This document shows, in pieces, positions 59,079 to 64,000 of a DNA stretch of 64,000 nucleotides. Positions within the stretch are counted from its first letter, which is position 1. Every line of letters starts with the position of its first letter. Source of the DNA: Zancudomyces culisetae HAW-14-8 (taxonomy: Eukaryota > Fungi > Kickxellomycota); contig JBNJNM010000022.1 of assembly GCA_052426225.1 (NCBI GenBank), positions 248,001-312,000 on the forward strand, in the 5' to 3' direction. Position numbers and translations under genes: made by a program. The notes under the pieces are model-generated. The model did not search any database. It was not told the origin of the DNA and saw nothing but the letters and a program-made list of their open reading frames with translations.

Positions 59079-60059
59079 CTATTGATTGAAGGTATTTGAT
59101 ATGTGTTGTCTGAGCGTAGCCAAGGGGTTCTCTTGGAATGTTTTATCCGCGAGTACCAAATCAAACCTCTTCAGTTCAGATACAACGTTTCTATCAACTT
59201 TGGCTTTCTTTGGCTTGGTCTTCGATTTAGTTATTTGTTCTTGCTTCATTGTCACATCTGTATTAGACTGGGGCTGTTGTGGTTCTTTATTTACCTTGCT
59301 TTTCTTATTTTTCGCATTTTTGCGCTTGGGATTTCGTTCCAAATTATCTGGGTTCAAAATATCTTCTAAACCTCTCAATAGAGCAGACTTTTCTTTTTTG
59401 CGTGCTTGTTTCTCCTTTTCACGCTGCATTACAGCATGTGAAGCACTAATTTCTAATAATGTACAAAACAAGAATTTCCCCAGCGAGTTATAAAGATGTT
59501 AAAATGAGGACGTAAATTGTCAAAATAATAGTTAAAATATATCCAGTGTTTACTTTCTAACCAGTTGTTTCTTCGAGTATTCATCTTGGATTTCTTGCTT
59601 TCAATATTCATGAAATGATGTGAAGGGTTTTCGATTTCATTTGAAGATCGCTGCTCTCCTGTTGATAGCAATACTGGTGCCGAAACAATATCCCTTTTAT
59701 TGTTTAATGTGTCAACAATGCTTGCTACATTTTTCCATTTGCTAGTTCCGACAACGGTTTGATTACTTTTACCGCCCGAAGTTCGTTCGAGGGACTGATT
59801 CAAACCACTAATGTCGAATTGCCCCGATTCCTTTTTTGCCTATTTTAGTTGAAACATCCCGATCGCCATCCCCGCCAAAAAAGCATGAATAAATGTATAA
59901 CAAATCACAATCTTATAATGGCCTTGGTAGAAGCCGAATAAAGCATTACAGCGAAAAGGAATTCAGGTGAAATATAAAATGCCTTACCGATTGCTCTGGT
60001 CTAGATATCTGTGGATTTTTTAGGTGGTACTTCCTGCGCTCTCTCTTTACTTTTGGCAT
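59079..60059 (-). CDS. SLX9: Ribosome biogenesis protein SLX9/FAM207A-like, 3 exons
   Basis: Exons 60059-59988, 59839-59554, 59452-59079. MPKVKRERRKYH...SKKSKMNTRRNNWLEKI...ELKRFDLVL...FQENPLATLRQHI. Confidence 0.85.
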
Positions 60060-61858
60060 TTTGACTTGTCGAAGAATAAACTAAAGAATCGTTTTTGGTT
60101 CTGTAAATGGGGGGGGGGGGGGGCTTGTTGCTTGAAAAAAAAACTTTGCCTTTTTAAATGATCTTTTTAGTTTACTTTTTAATTTAATTTCCTTGCTAGT
60201 TCTATTCTCAAAACAAGGATGTATGTTTATAAATATAAAGAAAAATGTCTCTCTTTCCTTTGCGTCCAAGACTGCCTAAACCAAACCGAACTTGGTATAC
60301 TAAAATCCAAATTTCGATTCTGCTAATAAGAAAAAAAAAACTTTGATTTCTTTTAATAAAAAACCTTTGATTTTCATCCAATAAAGTAAAATGTTACTAA
60401 TACCACTACAGGTGTTTATGTATAGATAGATAGATCCAAAACCAAGAATATACAAATTGCACTCACATAAAGTACAGTTTCCTTTCAAATAGGCTCAGTG
60501 CTATTTTTTCTTTTCAGTGTCGAAAAAAAAAAAAATTTTTTTTTCCGGATTTTTGACTGAAAAACAACACATCAACATTCTAAATTGAGAAACGAGATCT
60601 TGGGACGAAGCAAAAGAAACATCGTAAATCAAACATCAAACTCTCTAAAGATATTTTTTACGGTGTTGTCCTTAGCTTCGTGTCTTTGGGATGCAGTCTA
60701 CTACCTTGTAAAACTCATATACCAACAGTATAAGAGAGGGGGGAGTAGGAGAAGGAGGAGGGGGAGGGAGAGAGAAGAGGTGAGGAAGCGTAATCCCCTC
60801 TATTTGATTTGATTATGGTTCAAGGTTTTTCCACCAAAAAAATAAAATTAAATTAAATTAAATTAAATGGTAAATCTTACTCATCCTTAGATATCCAATT
60901 AAACGAATTAGTAAATCATGGTTAAAGAAAATGTATGTGGATTGAAAGGCAGAATTTCGATCAATAGTAAAATGGAATAAGCTCCTAAGCCAACATGTGG
61001 AGAACAGCTGCCTTTTTTTTTTATTTCTTTTCTTTTTATTTTTTTTCCAAAAACTGGAAACACACGTTGTTGATCAAAATGTTGTGGGTTTTTAAACATT
61101 CAATTCCAACAAAACAACTAAAATTAAAAATATGCTTTTTTTTTCTTTCTTGCTACTATTAAGTATTACAATTAATACTAATAACTGTTTTTTTTTGTTA
61201 TTTTTTTTTAAAAAAGGAAAAAATATGAATCAATGAGTTTATACAAGACATCAATTCAAAATACCCATATACAATATAGAAATATCACTTTGTAGTGCTC
61301 ATGCATTGTTTTAATTTGTCCAGTAACTTGGTTTTTCTTTTTAAATTTATGGATGGGGTGAGTCTAGACTACATTAGTAAATAAACTAAAAACAAAAAAA
61401 TAGTACCATTGATGGAGAAAAAAAAATATAAACTATACGAAATGCGCAAATCAATACATCATTACATCCTTGTTACTCTGGCTGGAGAGCAAGTAGGTTT
61501 AACGATGATTTGTTTCAACACTATCTAGTATGAAATAGTGATATTCCGACTTGAAATGAATATCAATAGGCTTTATTTTATTAACCTGGCTCAAAGAAGG
61601 AAGAGGAAGAAGAACGGATGCAATACGTTTCTTTTCTTTTCTTTTTTTTTTCTTAAACCTTGAATATTGACTTAAATGTAAATTAAAGAGCGATAACGTT
61701 TTATAATACATTCCAGTTTCTTTTTTAAAAAAAATAATAAGGTAAAAATAAAATAGATATAGATATAGAAATAAAGAGTAAAGAGTAAAGAAAATTATAC
61801 TTTAAACATATTGGATATAAACAAGAGTGATTGACACATAAAGAAAACCATAATAAGA

Positions 61859-62386
61859 ATGAAAAACACAAACATTGTAGTATTAGCATTGCTATTGATT
61901 GGAGATATATCTGCGTACAACAATAACAACAATAATATATACATCGGTTTTGATGAGTACATGGAAAAGTTACAGAGTGCAGCTATTGCGAGAATAAGAG
62001 AAATACAGCTAGAAAGATCGTTTGAAACAACAGTGCGTGACCTGGTCATGAATGCAAATGATGAAAAGTATTATGTAGACTCCAACACTGATGAGTATGC
62101 TGGATATATCGGCACAACACAATCAAATGAAGAACCTGCTAATCATGATTCTGTCAGTGGTGGTAGTAGTCAAAAAGCAGACAAACTGACCATTGCAGGT
62201 GTAGCAGAAAATAACCCAACTTATTTAGTTCCAACAGGAAACCATAGACAACATCCATTGAGCGATAAAACCACTATCTTTTATAGACAACAAGATCAAA
62301 AACAAAGGCAAGTATTACAGAAAATATATTATAATTACGAGAACTATAATCCAGAAGCTAAACTTGCCGAAAGTAGTACTGATATT

Positions 62387-62417
<31 letters not shown>

Positions 62418-62644
62418 GTGGTGGTGGTGGTAATAGTGGTAGTGAACATGGTGGTGAGAGCACCCAACTCCAGAACCAACCCAAAGTCCCAAATCAAGAC
62501 TATGGCACTGGATATGTTGGATACAAAGATGAGAAAATCAAGTATCATCCGCTGATAGATGTTCCAAAAGAAAACAGAAACTACTATGAGTTTGTACTTG
62601 CAAACCCATACCCATATGCCAATCTTGATCCATTACTTGCTTAA
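61859..62644 (+). CDS. Hypothetical secreted low-complexity protein (261 aa)
   Basis: Signal-peptide-like N-terminus, poly-N and poly-G tracts, Y/P-rich C-terminus. Confidence 0.7.
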
Positions 62645-63048
62645 TAAGAATTATGTTTCCTTTATTTATTTATTTATCCATAGTATCATGTACTCTTTTT
62701 GAATAATGTTAAAATCTTGCATCAATTGTCATGAAACCCCCTCCCTCCCTTCCCCCTTACTTAATTTTTTTTTGGATATTGTAGTATAAAATACGTGCAC
62801 CCAAGGTACAAGTATTATTAGATCAATTCAGCTGACACTCTATTAATCACTAGGTGTGTGTGTGGGGGGGGGGGGGGGGTGAATGGCAAAAAAAAAAGAA
62901 GAAAAAAACAAAAAGGATATTTTAAAGTTTCAACATAAATATGAATAAAAATATTAACATTACAATTTGGAAACCATTAGGTATTGAGGAACCATACAAA
63001 TAAGAATATCCTTTATTTTGTTTTTTCTTCTTGTTTCTATGCTAAAAG

Positions 63049-63998
63049 TTATTCCACTTGAATCTCCCTTATTAAGGTAATGTTTTCGCCTTTTAGTAGA
63101 ATTCGGCCTACAAAAATTCATTAGTTTTGGTTAATTACTATTTTAAATGTCATCATAATTTACAACATAAATACTAGTGATAATACGGGGTAACAGGGTT
63201 ACAGATTAGAGTAAAAAAAGTGTTAGCGAGTGAGTGAGTGAGTGAGTGAGAAAGAGAGTGCAGAATTATCAAAATAAAACCTACCAATTTCTTTTTTCAT
63301 GTCCTTTTTTGTATATACCTCAACTGAATCCTCAAGTACCAAATTCATAAATTCGTCAAAACCCTAATCCAATAGCAATATAAAATATAACATTATAAGC
63401 TGTGTTTATATTTCCATAGCTATTACAATAAAACTTGATAGTTTCAAGAAGGGGAGAGGGGGGAAAGGGAAAGGGAGGGAGATGGAGAAAAAAATAAATA
63501 AATCTGCAGTTACCTTTATTGTTCCTTCGATTCTCAATTCTGGTTTATCATATAGCCAAACTTCAACACGAGCTTTCTAAATAATGCAATTTATATATTG
63601 ATTTAAATATTAAAAACACATTTTTGTTGATCTTTTTATTTTCTCCTCGAAATTAAAGTTGATTGTAGGCTATTAATGTCATTAAAAAAACGCAATACAA
63701 AACAAATAGAATACAATAAAGTAGAATGGAATGGTTACCCTTTGCAAGTACCTGAAAATCAAATCCTAAATTTAAATCCACAACATTTTAAGTATATTAT
63801 TCAAAAAAACAAGATAAAAAAAAATAAAGTACATGTTACAAGATGAGTTTCTTTCCTTTCCTTTCCTTTTGTTTTTTGTTTTATTTTGTTTTGTTTTTTT
63901 GGTATATACAACAAGTATAAAGCGAAAAGTAAAAGTATTAGATGGAATTCAGTACTTACAATTGGCTGGACTAAAACTTTTTGAACTCGTGACGACAT
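63049..63998 (-). CDS. SME1: Small nuclear ribonucleoprotein Sm E, 5 exons
   Basis: Exons 63998-63960, 63765-63739, 63576-63514, 63363-63285, 63107-63049. VQPIDLIFRYLQ...VWLY...IEGTIKGFDEFMNLVLED...GRILLKGENITLI. Confidence 0.95.
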
Positions 63999-64000
63999 GT

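Noticed and set aside
63083-63100. TTTCGCCTTTTAG resembling U5 loop 1
   Set aside because: It is the antisense of SmE codons ILLKGEN and lacks the invariant GCCUUUUAC and the U5 stems.
1-64000. CRISPR arrays, rRNA genes, prokaryotic operons
   Set aside because: None seen. The window is eukaryotic with spliceosomal introns.

Overview
Eukaryotic, AT-rich, intron-containing fungal DNA. An early-diverging lineage such as Zoopagomycota/Harpellales is my inference from protein style and composition, not something proven here. All alignments, splice models and helices were made by eye. Housekeeping genes: mitochondrial RNA polymerase RPO41, a Mix14-like twin-CX9C protein, a CoA-binding YccU-like protein, a maltose O-acetyltransferase, RPB9, RPS11, DUF2015, POLD3/Cdc27, HNT1, a DUF2420-like protein, MET14, SLX9 and SmE. 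Also present: several hypothetical genes, decayed UNC-93 and histone H4 copies, and LINE and Ty3 relics. The most striking structure is at 6.0-13.5 kb. A very young Ty3/Gypsy element (688-bp LTRs with one difference seen, TTTTT TSD, tRNA-Pro PBS, single gag-pol ORF) sits 8 bp upstream of a tRNA-Pro(UGG) gene. A second, unrelated LTR-like element (4-bp TSD) is nested in its terminal 5 bp, 13 bp upstream of the same tRNA. A third LTR-like element (5-bp TSD) carrying two heat-shock-element arrays interrupts its integrase. Together these suggest Pol III-gene-targeted and heat-inducible retrotransposon families. Other leads: a short 4-bp-TSD element family, a secreted protein with an aerolysin/ETX-like pattern, and an unassigned ~320-nt structured RNA candidate at 39.5 kb.
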